Notes: generated from the letters alone by a model not told the origin. Positions 24,399 to 38,643 are shown, counted from the stretch's first letter. The stretch is DNA of 64,000 nucleotides from Octopus vulgaris (GCA_951406725.2 OX597830.1:36456001-36520000), one strand, 5' to 3'. Numbers and translations are program-made.

Positions 24399-24902
24399 TG
24401 AGTGAGAGAGTAGTGCATGCCATCAAAGTGACACTGGGGTTCAAATATACAAAGCCCAATATATTCATCATGACTACCTGTCTAAGGGTACACCAGGCAC
24501 ATGCATCCCAACCATATCTGCATAACACGGTGATCTCATATCAAGATAAAGAGCACACGACCTTGCAGGTAGTTTCCAATTAGAATTTTCTTCAGGTTGA
24601 GTTGCTTATTCTGCTCAAAAAGTCCCTGAATAAGGGTTGATTAAGGATGATGAACAAAACACTCATGTTTCCACAGGTAAGTTATTCAAATCCCAAAGAA
24701 TTCCTCTCAACATATGGCTATGATGCTCCCCCACTACCGGACATGCTCAACTGGTTATGGTCAAGCAACTGACAAGCAAATCTGTGGTATGGAGCGGAAT
24801 TTTTGCTGTACCAAGACAAAACAATGTACATGATGACACTTCCAATCAGTCAAGATCAGAAGCCATGAGAACCACTGCCTGGTACTGCATCAGGGCATTT
24901 AT
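24399..24902 (-). mobile_element. Unclassified interspersed repeat bounded on both sides by (AAT)n
   Basis: Unique-looking ~500 bp sits between the (ATT)n tracts at 24361-24398 and 24900-24925. Family identity is not established from the window. Confidence 0.4.
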
Positions 24903-24934
24903 TATTACAATTATTATTACTATTATGGACCATG

Positions 24935-25245
24935 AATGGATCATGACTGACCATGGGATTGCACCCAGAAAGTTACCCTCCCAAGCACAAGTCCGGGCAA
25001 GGTATTTTATGGAAGGCCAGTAGTCGCCCATGCATACCAGCCTCCCCTCTCCACGTCACCAGTGTTATCCAAGGGAAAGGCAAAGACCAATACGGCTTGG
25101 CACTTGTGACGTCACAACTCATTTCTACAGCTGAGTGAACTGGAGCAACGTGAAATAAAGTGTCTTGCTCAAGAACACAACACGCAGCCCGGTCCGAGAT
25201 TCGATCTCACAACCTCACGATTGTAAGCTCGACGCTCTAACCACT
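24935..25245 (-). mobile_element. tRNA-derived SINE family D
   Basis: Minus strand agtggttagagcgtcgagc...gagatcgaatctcgg...gtgttcttgagcaagacact. Related copies at 28765-29035, 43600-43910, 48220-48610, 53330-53540 and 61640-61935. Confidence 0.8.
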
Positions 25246-25939
25246 ATTAATATTATTATTATTATTTACGGTTTCCTTTCATTAAAACTTTATTTCAGCT
25301 GCCTTTGTACCGGCATCCTCCGGAGGCCAAGAGTACCAAGGACACTTTTGTTTTGCTATTCATGCTAAAATTATCACCAAATTTATTCCGTTTTAGACGG
25401 AGAATGCTTTCCGTAGTATATGGGCTGTACCCTTCAAGCTTATCTTTTGTACACACACACACACATACATACATATATACATATGTGTGTGTGTGTATGT
25501 GTGTAGTAGTAGTAGTAGTAGTAGTAGTAGTAAGTACCCGAACCCTTCAAAGGGATGTTTAGCATCCAAGTTCCTGAGGAAAAGCTTAATTTGTGATTTC
25601 AAAAGGATTATATTTTCCTCAGTTACGAGAGAAAAACTCGGATCTTGTGAATTTTCCGAAGTCCACTCCCCACTCTTTGCTGCTTTCCGCGCATTTTTGT
25701 TTACAGATTCTTCTAAAATACGAAACTGTCAAAAACGTTCAGAGTAAACCGTGTTCTACGTGAGAAATATTCTACCGTGAGAAGTATTCGAAGTTTCAAA
25801 CTGTTAAGTTACAAAAAAAATTAATTAAAATATCTGTGATTGAGATGAAATAGATCCGATCCGAAAATTATTTTTAACACGCCGTATGCAAATTAACTCA
25901 CTTCAAAAACAGTGTCTTTTTATTTAATACTGGACACAC

Positions 25940-26150
25940 TGTCACGCAAAGTATAACCGGATTTTGGAATTTCCGGATATGTGAAAGCCGGATAAAGAGA
26001 TCGGTGTCTCGTAAAATTAAACGAATAAATCGAATTTGTAAGGGGAGACAATTCAATTTCTACTTCCTTCACTAATCGGCAGTACGCATGCGCATACCAG
26101 TAACCGGGAATTTTTTTTGTACCTGAGTCATGCCGTTCCTGGTACATTTA
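25940..26150. promoter_or_regulatory. Putative PSMD7 proximal promoter
   Basis: CpG-retaining stretch 300-500 bp upstream of the ATG. It has several CCGGA ETS-like cores, TACGCATGCGCA (NRF1/ewg-like, 26083-26094) and TGAGTCAT (AP-1/ARE-like, 26124-26131). Confidence 0.5.
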
Positions 26151-26447
26151 ATTACTTTTTAATAATTTTGGGGGTTTCTCGGTCTTCTTCTGGTGTTCAA
26201 AGATATTAACAAGAAAAGAAAAAGCGAAAGAATATCGAAAGCAGGGATTATAACAACGAGAAAATCCGACACCGTTTTGAAATTAATTCGTAAAGATTCA
26301 ACTTCCAGAGGCGTCCGTCCTTAACTTTCTTCATCTCTTTCATCGTTCATTTATTCTAGTTTTGTCCCGTTTTTTTAAAATTATTTAATTAATTATTCAT
26401 TATCAAACTGTTGTGTATTGAATTGATTATTACTATCACCTGCAACG

Positions 26448-26622
26448 ATGCCTGCTGCCGACGGGAAAGCCATCAACAAGGTTGTTGTACACCCTTTGGT
26501 CTTACTCAGTGTTGTTGATCATTTCAACCGAATGGATAAAGGTGGCAACATCAAACGAGTCTGTGGAGTGTTGCTAGGATCGAATCGCCAAGGTGTCTTG
26601 GACGTTTCAAACAGTTTTGCCG
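26448..26622 (+). CDS. PSMD7: 26S proteasome non-ATPase regulatory subunit 7 (Rpn8/Mov34), coding exon 1 of 6
   Basis: [28 protein letters not shown]...GVLLGS...LDVSNSFA; donor G|gtaagc. Confidence 0.97.
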
Positions 26623-27661
26623 GTAAGCTAAAATATTGTTTTATAATATTTCATCCTCATGTTATTTTTATTATTCATTTTTTGACAAATGATAAAACAC
26701 CGGTCGGTTTACATACAGACAGACTTCCTTCATGTCGCCCAAACCCGGCTTTCGTAAATACCAGTGATGCATTCGAGAGTTTCAATTGTTTATAACATTT
26801 CTCCCCTCATCTAATTATATATATATATATATGTGTGTGTGTATGTGGTTTTATAACACTAAGAAATATTATTGTTAATTATGTTCTGAGTTCAAATTCT
26901 GCCGAAGTCGACTTCGCCTTTATCCATTGCGGGGTCGATAAAATCAATGGCCATTCGAGCTGTGGGGGTTGATAAAATCGATTAGCCTGTTCCCCCCTTC
27001 AAAATTTCAGGCCTTGTGCCTATGGTAGAAAGGATTGTGATCATTGCAGTTTTGTGAGGGCGGTGGAATAGCAAAATCATTAGAGCGTCAAAGTGCTTGT
27101 CGTATTTAGAGCTCTTTGTTATCCGATTTCATATCCTTCCTAGATCGACTTTACCTTTCATCATTCTGGGAACGATAAAATAAAAGAACCAGTTTTGACT
27201 AGTGGCTATCGATAACCCTCTGGTATAGTCTTATCTCCGTGTTAGAAACCGATGTTTGCTTTTGTGAATGTAATTGGGGATGATTGATGTGAACCTATAC
27301 CAGTAATTATTCGGACGGCTTTGTTCCTTTCCTACAATTAACCAGCTGTCTTCACTGATGATTGCTCGTGAGAAATACTTGAATATCAAACTTTTCATGG
27401 CACGAAAAGCACACACACACACCCCAATAAAATTAGACCGCATCATCATGCAACTTGCCAGAAATAGTTGCCGAAATTCCCTCAGTCTTACCCTATCGGC
27501 TATTAAAAAACAAAAAAGGAAGGACACATCGGTTAATATAATTTCAGTTATACAAAAGAAAAAAAAAAGATTGGTTGATCAGGGCTGGAACGCATTTAAT
27601 TATATAAAGAATCATTTCACACGAGATCAACATTCTTAAATTTAATTCTTTTTGGAACCTT

Positions 27662-27789
27662 GGGTCTTGAAGCCGGTAAGCTTTAAATAATAGCATGTAA
27701 ATATTTGGTTAAAATACCTTTGACTAGAAAAAGTCGAAGCTGCTTGTGGGATATGTACCCACATCTGTAAGTAAACACGACATACATTA
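27662..27789 (+). ncRNA. Candidate intronic H/ACA box snoRNA (copy 1)
   Basis: Hairpin, H box AGAAAA (27726-27731), hairpin (gtcg/cgac base, tgtggg/cccaca upper stem), ACA at 27784-27786; ~128 nt. A paralogous copy lies in intron 3. Confidence 0.5.
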
Positions 27790-30700
27790 TAGCATTTGTT
27801 ACCCCCCCCCCCTTTTTTTTTCTTTTTATACGATGACCACTTCAGATTTTCACTCCAAACTTCATAGTTAAAGTACCTCTCTACAATAACTTCAGTCAGA
27901 CTAAATTTTAGATTTTTTACGGTTACGTCAGTTCCTGCGCGGTGCCCCCTTTCACCGAAACTCCGGAAATTTGAGCTAATTTTGACTCTATGGAGTTTTA
28001 TTAACTTAATCTTCAGACTATTTCAAAGTTTTGTTCTGTGGAGCGGCTCTTATCGACTCCATCAAAACAATAAATACTGCAACTGATGTACTTCATTGAT
28101 GTAAAATTTTTAAAAAAATTTAAAAAACAGTAACTGTGGAAACGGATGGGATAGTTTTTGGCTAGCTATGTTGTTCCCCACCTTGTTTCAATCTTTGGAC
28201 TGCGGCCATGTTGGGGCACCGCCTTAAAGGGTTTAGTCAAACAAATCGACCCCAGTGCTTATTTGTTTGTCAAAATCAGGTGTCTGTTGTCAGTCTCTTT
28301 TTCTGAAGCTCTTAGTTACAGGGGCATAAACAAACCAACACCGGTTATCAAGCTGGGTGGAGTGGGGGTAAACACAGCATACACATATATCTATATCACC
28401 ATCATCATTTAATTTTTCTACTTCCATGCTGGCATAGGTTGGACAGTTCCTTCAGTTTGTCTATTAAAGCCATTCATTCACAGGGCATTGATTGACCAGA
28501 AGCTATAGTGGAAGACACTTGTCCAAGGTGCCATAGTAGCATTGCACCCAAAACCATGTGGTTGAGGAGCAATGCTTTGCTATACCAGCACCTCTATGTA
28601 AACATTTAGTACTAGCCTCATCACTGCTTATGATTCAAAAAAAGATCAATGTTTGCTGTTTCACTCAGATCTAGGAGATATACAATATTTGTGTACAACA
28701 CACACATTTTTTTTTTAAGCTTAAATATTAGGTTATACTTTATAGAGAGTAAAGACTCCTATTTGGTCATGAATGACCATGGGATTGCACCGAGAAAGTA
28801 CCCCTCCAAGGCACAAGTCTGGGCAAGGTTATTTATGGAAGACCAGCCTCTCCACACCGCTGATGTTATCCAAGGGAAAGACAAAGGCTGATACCACTTG
28901 GCACCAGTGATGTTGCAACTCATTTCTACAGCTGAGTGAACTGGAGCAAAGTGAAATAAAGCGTCTTGCTCAAGAATACAATACAGCCTGGTCCAGGAAT
29001 CCACCTCACTACCTCTAACCATTGAGCTATACACCTTCATTCCTTCTATAACAGTGATAATAAATTAAATGTTCTGCACAATTGTCTTCAACATTCTAGG
29101 TCTCTGAATCCTAAGAAATGGTCCTTGGAATTTTCATGTTGAAGACTAATCTGGGTGCCATTATGTCCATAAAATAACCATAACTCCTCTTCATTTGATT
29201 TTCAGTCCATTCAAAGTTTTTTGTTCTATATATTTTATTTAATATAAAGTTTTAAATATTAGGTAAGAAATTTTCAATTGAGTTTACATGCCTGTCCTCA
29301 CCTATTGTCATGAATATGGGTAGGGTGCATAACTCAGAGATCAGAAACTTCTTCAAATCAAGCCATTACTACTTTGCATTGTGAGATCATAGTTCCAGTA
29401 CTACTCACATCATCATCGTTTAACGTCTGTTTTCCGTGCTAGCACGGGTTGGACGGTTTGACCGGGGTCTGGGAAGCCAGGAGGCTGCACCAGGCTCCAG
29501 TTTGATCTGACAGTGCTTCTACAGCTGGATGCCCTTCCTAATGCCAACCATCCGTGAGTGTAGTGGGTGCTTTTTACGTGCCACCGGCACAGGTGCCAGG
29601 GGAGACTGGCAGCGGCCACAATTGTTTGGTGCTTTAGAATGTTACAGGAAATAATTGCAAGACGGATTCTTCAGGCTGAGCTGACTTACAGGAATCCTGG
29701 GAGTAGATCATGAATGAGATGGTTGGAGAATATCCATAGTCTCGTATTTGTGCTTGAGAATCCATCCAGAATGTCTTGTGACAGTTGATTGTAAAAGGGC
29801 CCCATAGAGGAGGTGTGTGAGGACTCTACCACCACGACTCTCCCAGAAATAGTAGGCAGAGAAGATGAATGAATGAATTTTCATTTCGATATTGAAGTTG
29901 AGTTTTGAAGCAATAACTGTCTTTGAAATTTGCTCATTGTTTTTATGAACTATTGAAATTCTGTGAAATACTTCAGTCTGAGGAATATACAGAAAGCAAA
30001 ATAATAATGGTTTTTAAATGAAGTCTTCTGTAGAATTCAAAGATTTTATATGCTATGGAAAAAGACACTTACTCCTGGCGGCATGTGGGAGTGTTGAACT
30101 CATAACAATTGGGTTGTGAAGTGGAGAATGAAAGAACATAGTCACTACTTGAACAGCATTTGGATCAGTGAAGTTCCATCTTAATTCCACCTCACCACAC
30201 TGCTACAATTGACCATGTTCAGGCAGAGTTGACCGTGAATACTCAATTACACTATATACCATCAAACATGAACAGTTTGTGGATTTAATTAGGAATCTCT
30301 CTCTCTCAGGCCTCTTGATTCCTCAGGGAGCATAGGGGTGCAACAACATTTTTCCAACGGACGCAGTTTGGAGGGGATCCTCTTCAGCTCGGCCCATGTC
30401 ATTCCGGCTGCCCTCCCCTCTGTGTTGACACTCTTGCGCCAAGACTTTTAGTCAGCCCACTTTTCACTTCCCCTGTGGGTTCCAGTCAAGTGCCTGCTGA
30501 ACACTATCACCATCAACATCATCAACATGTAACATCCGTTTTCCATGTTTGCATAGTTGGGACCATATTCTACGTAACCTGAGTTTATCTAGTTGTTGGG
30601 AATAGATACCAGTTTATCTGAGAAGTCATCTGAAATAGACTAGTGTCTTATGCGAGATTATATCTTTCATCAGCTTAACATCATTCCTCTTGGGTTAAGC

Positions 30701-31063
30701 TGCAACTCTAGAAAGGATAATCAGTAGTGTGGGCCTGGACTGGATTTGAAATCACAACTTGAAGTGGGTGTAACTGAATACCAATAGGTATCTCTGTTCA
30801 AATCTGTCATTCTGTTTCCTTCACCTTTTTCTGAATATATTTCTAACAAAAATACACTGCTTCTGTTTTTTAATTTATTTTGAAAATAATCAAGAATTTG
30901 GAGCAATTTAGCGAAATAACTTATTCATTATTTTCCTTATTATTACTAGCATTTGGAACATTACAAAAATGTCCTGGCATAACACTATAATGGAAGGTTT
31001 TTATTGAAATATGAACCCTTAAAAGTAGAAGTTTTGTATCACAAAATTTCTGACAGATTTTGA

Positions 31064-31201
<138 letters not shown>

Positions 31202-32105
31202 TGACTTTTCTTATCTTTCTTTTACCTATATATTTGTTCCACTTATTTTAAGAATGTGTACATCACGTTACAACTAAAAGAATTTTAATATCAGCTTCTC
31301 ACGTTTCTACCTTTAGCCCATGTCAGGTACTCTAATATTGGCTGTATGTAACGGATGAAAAGATTGAGGCAGCTGTTTAGGCATTGGTCATTTGGCATAG
31401 CTAACTGGACATTGAACCTGTTTTTGGCAGCAGTGCCTTTTTTCTTTTCTTTTTTTGTTTGGCACTGGGAGCAAAATACTCACACATGCATATACACAAA
31501 GAAATACACACATACAGATGGGGATAAGATGGGAAAGAGAGAGATATTACAATTTGTTAATTGAATGCATTTAACATAAACACTTTCCCTTTCCTCATAC
31601 ACATAATGAGAAATTTTCTTGCACATAAACAGAGGGGGTGGGGTGAATGAGAGGAAAATTATGATGTCTGATGTCAAATAAGTCAGCATCGAATCAGTGA
31701 TGCAAAATAGGCAGAGCCAAAGTCATCTTCATTGTCATTTAACATCTTTTTCATGCTGGTGGATGGTTTGACAGGAGCAAGCAAGCTGAAGGGCTGCACC
31801 AGGCACCAAGTGTCTAGCTGAATGCACTTCTTGCTACCAACTACTTTACAGAATATACTGGGTGGTTTTTTTTTTATATATGGCACCAGTACCAGTCTTT
31901 ATATGTGGCAGCCAGTATGGGTGCTCTCGGCATGGCACCGGCACAGGAACTTAGCATGTGGCACCAGCATGGGTGGTCTCAACATGGCACCAGTATGGGT
32001 GCTCTTGACATGGCACCTTCATTCCCAAGACAGAAACCTAAACACACACACACATGTATGAACTAAGCTTATGTTTCTTTTTTTTGTTTTTTTCTTCTTC
32101 TACAG

Positions 32106-32203
32106 CACGAGAGAAGGTTGTTGGTTGGTACCATACTGGACCAAAACTGCACCAGAATGATGTGTCTATTAATGAACTTATGAGAAAATACTGCCCAAAC
32201 TCT
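32106..32203 (+). CDS. PSMD7: PSMD7 coding exon 3
   Basis: tacag|(A)[32 protein letters not shown]|gtaagt; 98 nt. Confidence 0.97.
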
Positions 32204-32386
32204 GTAAGTGTACTTCAGGTTTTCAAAATGAGTCCCAGTTTAGTTTTTATTGTTGTTGTTGTTCCGAAGTCACAGAATTTAGGTGCCATTAACATAGCAG
32301 ACTAGAATCCAGCAACTCAGTGTTCAGTAATGTAAGTAATAATAATAATAATAATAATCCTTTCTACTGGAGGCAGAAGGAACGTT

Positions 32387-32510
32387 GGATCTTGAAGCCG
32401 ATAAGCTATAAACAATAGCATGTAAACATTTGGTTAAAATACTTTTGGCTAGAAAAATTTGAAGCTGCTCGTGGGATATGTACCCACATCTGTAAACATG
32501 ACATACATAA
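32387..32510 (+). ncRNA. Candidate intronic H/ACA snoRNA (copy 2, weaker basal stems)
   Basis: Roughly 85% identical by eye to 27662-27789; H box 32451-32456, ACA 32505-32507. Confidence 0.4.
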
Positions 32511-33015
32511 TAGCGTTTGTTATTTTCCTTTTTTTTTTTATTCTTTTTATACAAACTTGCAGCTTCAACCCCAGAAGCTGCAATATTCTAAGTAAAAATT
32601 TTCTTCTTCTGTACTTTACCAAATGTAATAAGTTGTCCTGAACTTTTCCAAGTGTAATAACCTGTCCTGTACTTTTCCAGATTCATAATCTTAAGAATAT
32701 TATTTCTCTTGCTCGCATTTTTCCATGTAATTATGTCTATTGCTAACAAATGGTTCTAGCTTAAAATAATGATGAAAGGTTTTAATTCAAATATGAGCTC
32801 TAGGTTTGCATCATAAATGGATTAAACTTCAGCTGGAAATTGTATATACCAGCTGTTGTTTAAATGAGTAAATTTCTTTCTCTCATATATTGAAAATGAG
32901 TGAATGAAATAAAATAAAAAATGCCTCGCTACCATTAACATTCAACATCATTCTCACTTGTTTGCACTTCTAAATGTCCACCTATTTGTAAGTAAACTTT
33001 CAACTTTTTTCACAG

Positions 33016-33096
33016 GTCCTTGTTGTTATTGATGCTAAACCTAAAGATCTTGGATTACCTACTGAAGCTTACATTGCCGTTGAAGAAGTACATGAT
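33016..33096 (+). CDS. PSMD7: PSMD7 coding exon 4
   Basis: cacag|[27 protein letters not shown]|gtcagt; 81 nt. Confidence 0.97.
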
Positions 33097-33457
33097 GTCA
33101 GTATAACATTTCAATTTATATTTAATATTTTAGTTAAGCTTTTGACACTTTTGTTCATGAAACTGTTTTTGGATGCTAGCAAATATTAGATGGAGAGATA
33201 TTTGACACAGGACTGTTATGAATGGATGCTCTTCCTGTTGCAAACCCTTGTCTGTTTTCCTAGCAAGGGAATTTTAATCCCAGAGGGATTCGAAAGCACA
33301 GAGCTAACTTATAATTTGTTGATAGGAAATACCAACAAATGTCTCTGTTTAGAGCCCCACCTCAAATGCTGATGTCCCTGCTTTCAGCTCAGCTACAAAC
33401 AATGTTTGTAGTGTACCTCACTGCACAGTTTCAAGCATTCACACTGTCATTCACACG

Positions 33458-33679
33458 TATGAAAGGATGCTGAAAAGCTCCTGGCTTTGAGTAAAAGAAA
33501 ATACAGGAGGATCAGTGAATTATTATTTTATCCAACATATTCCTCTCTTAAATTCTCACGCTTATTGCAGCAATCCTTCAGTTTTTTAAAACCCTGTAAA
33601 TGAACTTGGAAGGTCGGGGCCTCCAACCAGGCCTTTCGCAATACCCTTAAAACCAGGAACTTTTCAGTATCCTGACTTA
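33458..33679. mobile_element. Mariner-type MITE
   Basis: TA-flanked, imperfect TIRs aggatgctgaaaagctcctggcttt / aaaaccaggaacttttcagtatcct. Confidence 0.7.
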
Positions 33680-33891
33680 CAATGGGCTCCTTTTAGTTTC
33701 CATCTACCAGATTCATTTACAAGACATTGGCCATTCAATCTAACCAATTTTCACTCACGTGTATTATTGTGAGGCCAGGAATGTAGCTAGGTGGAGTAAA
33801 ATGTTGGTGTGTAAGGACTGAAGGTGCTTTCATGATTCATAACTATTAAAGCTTACTCTGTTGTCACAACTATTAACATTATCTTCCTTAG

Positions 33892-34041
<150 letters not shown>

Positions 34042-35962
34042 TGATTGCAGTCGTGGCACTGTGGCCAAGCTGGTGCACCACTTACAAGTTATTATATAGT
34101 GATTATATCAACTGGGTGCTTGGTCTAGTGCTTGTTTCATTGATCTTGGCGTGGAAAGGTAGGAAAAACAAGATCAGCTACAAGCAAAGACAGCTCACTG
34201 AAACATGGCAATATACAAAGACAAATTTTCATTTAATACACTGTTTACCAGCTCATGCCAATGTGCACACCCACACATATATGTTATAAAAACATACCTA
34301 TATATGGTGTGTTTTTTTGTGTGCAGATGTGACTAGATTAGGAGCTGTTTTAGAACCACATGCTTTATTTGCACTTGATGGGCAGTTGTCTAATATTTTC
34401 TACTATAGTTGCAGGCTGAGCAGTGGTTTGTGAGAGAATTGGAAGCTGCAGGAGAGCCATCACACACCCATCCACATAACATCATCATCATTATCATTTA
34501 ATGTCCGTTCACCAGGTGGCATGGGTTGGACAGTTTGGCAGGAGCTGGCGAGACTCCACTTGTCTGTTTTGGCATGGTCTCTACGACTTGCGGCCCTTCC
34601 TAACACCGAAAGTGCTGGGTGCTTTTTCACATGCCACCAGCACAGGTTTGTTTATATGGCACTGGCATATATATATGTGTTATGTCTGTATTTACATTTG
34701 TGTGCTGACTAGAAACAAAGTTACCATTCTTGCAATCTTCTCCAAAAACATGTCTGGCCTTTGAACTTCTCATTGCTCCAAAGACATGGAGAAATATTAC
34801 ATTGCTGTGGAAGCGAGTGAGGGTTGCTATAGAAAATACAGTTTCCAAAGTCATTTCAGAGTTATCTCTTGCAGTGGTGATGATGATAACCCAGTAATTA
34901 AAACCACATTCATCAATTCCACTAGAGGTAACTTGAAAAGACTGTTGGTGCTTTATTGCCTAAAGTGAGTAGTGTTTGAGTTTCACGATCTTGTTGTTCT
35001 GCTAGAGGATGGTAGAGGTTTGCTCCCCCTGCTAGCAATATATATTGTATATACAGGGTGCAGCATCACACCAATTACCAGCGGGCAAGAGATCTGCTTG
35101 GGGTTAGAAACACGAAACAGCCACTTAGATTAACTTTACTTGTCAGTAAATGTATATTTTTATTAATATTTAGCAGAAGTAACAGTGAGTTAAGGCCTGA
35201 GCGCTTTGTGCATTGGTACTTGTGTCTGTCAGCATGAGTATTGATGTTGTAATGGGGGTGATATTCCATGCTTACCACTTCAACGAAATTGGTGATGCTG
35301 GCATTCCTTGTTGATATTATGACCAGTTATTCTGTGCTTTTGATGACTTCTGGTGTGGAAAGAAATTTCTTACTTGAAAAATAACAAGTGATGGTTGGTG
35401 ACAAGATGGGAATCCAGTCATAGAATCCAACTCCATCTCTGTATTTAACTCATACTAGCATAGAAAAACAGATGTTAAACAATTAATAATAGGATGATTT
35501 GCACCCCTTTGAATGCTTTGCAGTTTTATTGGGGTTGTGTGCTAAGAAGCTTGCTTCCCAACCACATGGTTCTGGCTACAGTCCCACTGCCTGGTTCCTT
35601 GGACAAGTATCTTATACTATAGTCTCGGGTCAATTAAAGCCTTGTGAGTGGATTTGGTAGATATGTGTGTTTGCGTCTGTGTTTGTTCCCCCACCACCAC
35701 TTGACAACTGGTGCTGGTGTGTTTACATCCCTGTAGCCTAGTGGTTTAGCAAAAGAGATTGATAGAATAGCTACCATGCTCTAGATAAAAGTAGTGAGGT
35801 CAATTCATTCAACTAAAATTCTTCAACACGTTGCCCCAGCATGGCTGCAGTGTAATGATTGAAACAAGTAAAAGATAAGATATATATATGTGTGTGTGTG
35901 TGTGTATATGGCTTGTTTTATATATATATATCACTGATGTTTTTTTTTATTTCACATAACAG

Positions 35963-36413
35963 GGATATCAAAGATACAACTGTAGGTACTCTGTCACAAA
36001 GAATAACAAACCAGTTAACAGGTCTTAAAGGTCTGCACAACCACATAGAGGACGTGAGTCGGTACCTGCAGAAGGTGGCCTCCGGACAACTACCAATTAA
36101 CCATCAGATCATATACCACCTCCAAGATGTCTTTAACCTGCTGCCTGACGTCAACCTGCTTGAGTTTGTGAAAGCCATGTACGTTAAAACTAACGACCAA
36201 TACCTGGTCGTATATGTCGCTGCTCTCATACGCAGCATCATTGCGCTGCACAATCTCATCAACAACAAAATCCAGAACCGTGACGCCGAGAAGAGCGAAG
36301 GCAAGGAGAAAGACAAAGAGAAGAAAGAGAAAAAGGACGAGAAGGACAACGACAAAGAGAAAAAGGACTCTGACAAAAAGGACAGCTCCAGCGCATCATC
36401 AAAATCAAAGTGA
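35963..36413 (+). CDS. PSMD7: PSMD7 coding exon 6 (to stop)
   Basis: aacag|(R)[15 protein letters not shown]...[20 protein letters not shown]...KEKE tail, then TGA. The spliced CDS totals 990 nt = 329 aa. Confidence 0.97.
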
Positions 36414-38543
36414 TGCTGTGATGGGGTCTAGGCAGCATATATTATGTACTTCATTGCTATTAAATTCAGTTAATCTATCTCCGTCTTGCTTGCTTTTCTG
36501 TTTCTTTGTGAGTGTTGTTATTGTTGCTTTCTAGACTTACATCTGCTCCGATGAAGCAGAGACAACCTAGGGCTAAATAACAACAGGGGCATCCCATCCT
36601 TTTTGTATCTAGATAAACGTACTCTCTGTCAGTTCTTTTTTAATACCTATTTCTTTACTACCCACAAGGGCCAAACAAATGGATTAAGTCGATTATATTG
36701 ACCCCAGTGCGTAACTGGTACTTATTTAATCGACCCCGAAAGGATGAAAGGCAAAGTTGACCTCAGCGGAATTTGAACTCAGAACGTAGAGACAGACGAA
36801 ATACCGCTAAGCATCTTGCCAGCTTGCCACCTTTAATTTTAAGTTCTTTTTTAATACAGTAGAGTGTGATTTAGGGGAGATTAGGCTGTAATGTCTAGCA
36901 CATGAAGTGACCTCATGGAGACTCCTCCTTTGGTTTGTTTATGTTTGTGTGGTTTTTAATAACAGGAATAGTAAACAGAATCAAATTGTTCTTCTTACAA
37001 CTTACATAGGGCATGTCGATCCAGACTTCACATATCCTGATAATTACAAGATTTATGTTGAATTAATCTATCATTATGTCTTTCACAGTAAATGATACGC
37101 AACTATTGTAGTTTTCATTAGGAAAGATATCTAGCCATTGAAACCATGCCAAAGCTAACATGAGAGCTTGATGCATCCCTGCAGCTTGTCAGATTTCGTC
37201 TAACCATCCAACCCATGCCAGCATAAAAAAAACGAACGTTAAATGAGAATGGTAGTCACCACTCGTCACAAGAATGTGGCCTTTGAGATTTAAGATGATT
37301 CATTCATGGTTCCCAACCATAGTCTCATTGCTTCAGGAACCTTAAAAGAACCAGTGCCAGTCAATTTAATCAACTCCAATATTTGATAGAAATTTTAAAT
37401 TTTAGAAACTTAGGTGCTTGCATTTGTCCTAAAAAGTTGACATCCAAGAATTAATATTTAACCCAAAAATGTGAAACATCACCAACAGAAAATTTTTATG
37501 CTTGTGAGTCAAAGATAGCAAGGACCCTAGACAGTCACTTGGCTAGCTAGAAATAACTGCCAAATCAAATGACCCCACAAAAAAGAACATTTGGATAACA
37601 TAATCCCAAATGCACTATAACTATGGCTGGATGCTCTTCCTAACATCAATCACTCCAAGAGTGTAATGCGTGCTTTTATGTGCCACTGGCACGGGTGCAA
37701 TTTGTGTGACACCAGTATCTGCCATGACTGATTTTGGTCAGCTTGATGGGTCTTCTCAAGCACGACACAATGCCAAAGGTTTTAGTCATTGCCTCTGTGA
37801 GGCCCAACACTCAAAAGGAGCTCCGCCACTTTACCTCCATGAGACCCAACGCTTGAAAAAAAAATTATTACTATTTTCTTTTGTTATTTTTTTTTCTCTT
37901 GTTCATCACATTTTACTTGTTCAAATTCATTCTATTTCAATCAAGTTTCTACTTTTTTAATTAGTGGTGAAAATACTTGGGTTTATCAGGGCTGAAACAT
38001 CTATAAAGAAGGGTGCAAAGGATATTACTCGTCTTTGATAAAAATAATAGTTTCTTACATAAGCACAAAGCTTGAAATTTGGTTAAATTTACCCCAGAAC
38101 TTGATTATTAATTTAATTCAGTGGTTCCCAAACTTTTTCAGGCTGCTGCCCCCTTGACATCCAGGCCACATACCTAGCGCCCCCCACTGCAACAAACCAT
38201 CACAAACATAGAACTCTTTCTGAAGCAAATTCAAAGCATCTATATTTCACAAATAAAACTTAACAGAATGGATCCACATCAATGTGGACCATGTTCTGAG
38301 TAAATATGGATTGTATTATTAGCACTAAATGCCCATGCCAGAGTTATCTCTGCCTAACACTTATCTTCAAATGTTTTCTGCATTATTTCCATCATTATGA
38401 AAATGTGATGTTCCACGCTGCCATTACTATATAGACTGTCCATAGCAGAAGAAGCGGTGTCAATTTACATTCACCTGTCTGTAGTTATCATTGTTAAACT
38501 CTTATTCATTGTCAGTTAAAAAGAAAAAAAACTCATCAGGAGT

Positions 38544-38580
<37 letters not shown>

Positions 38581-38643
38581 GCATGGTGTAGTGTTTACTT
38601 GCTAATAGCATCAACAAAAAAGAACTCATTTCAACAAGAAATA

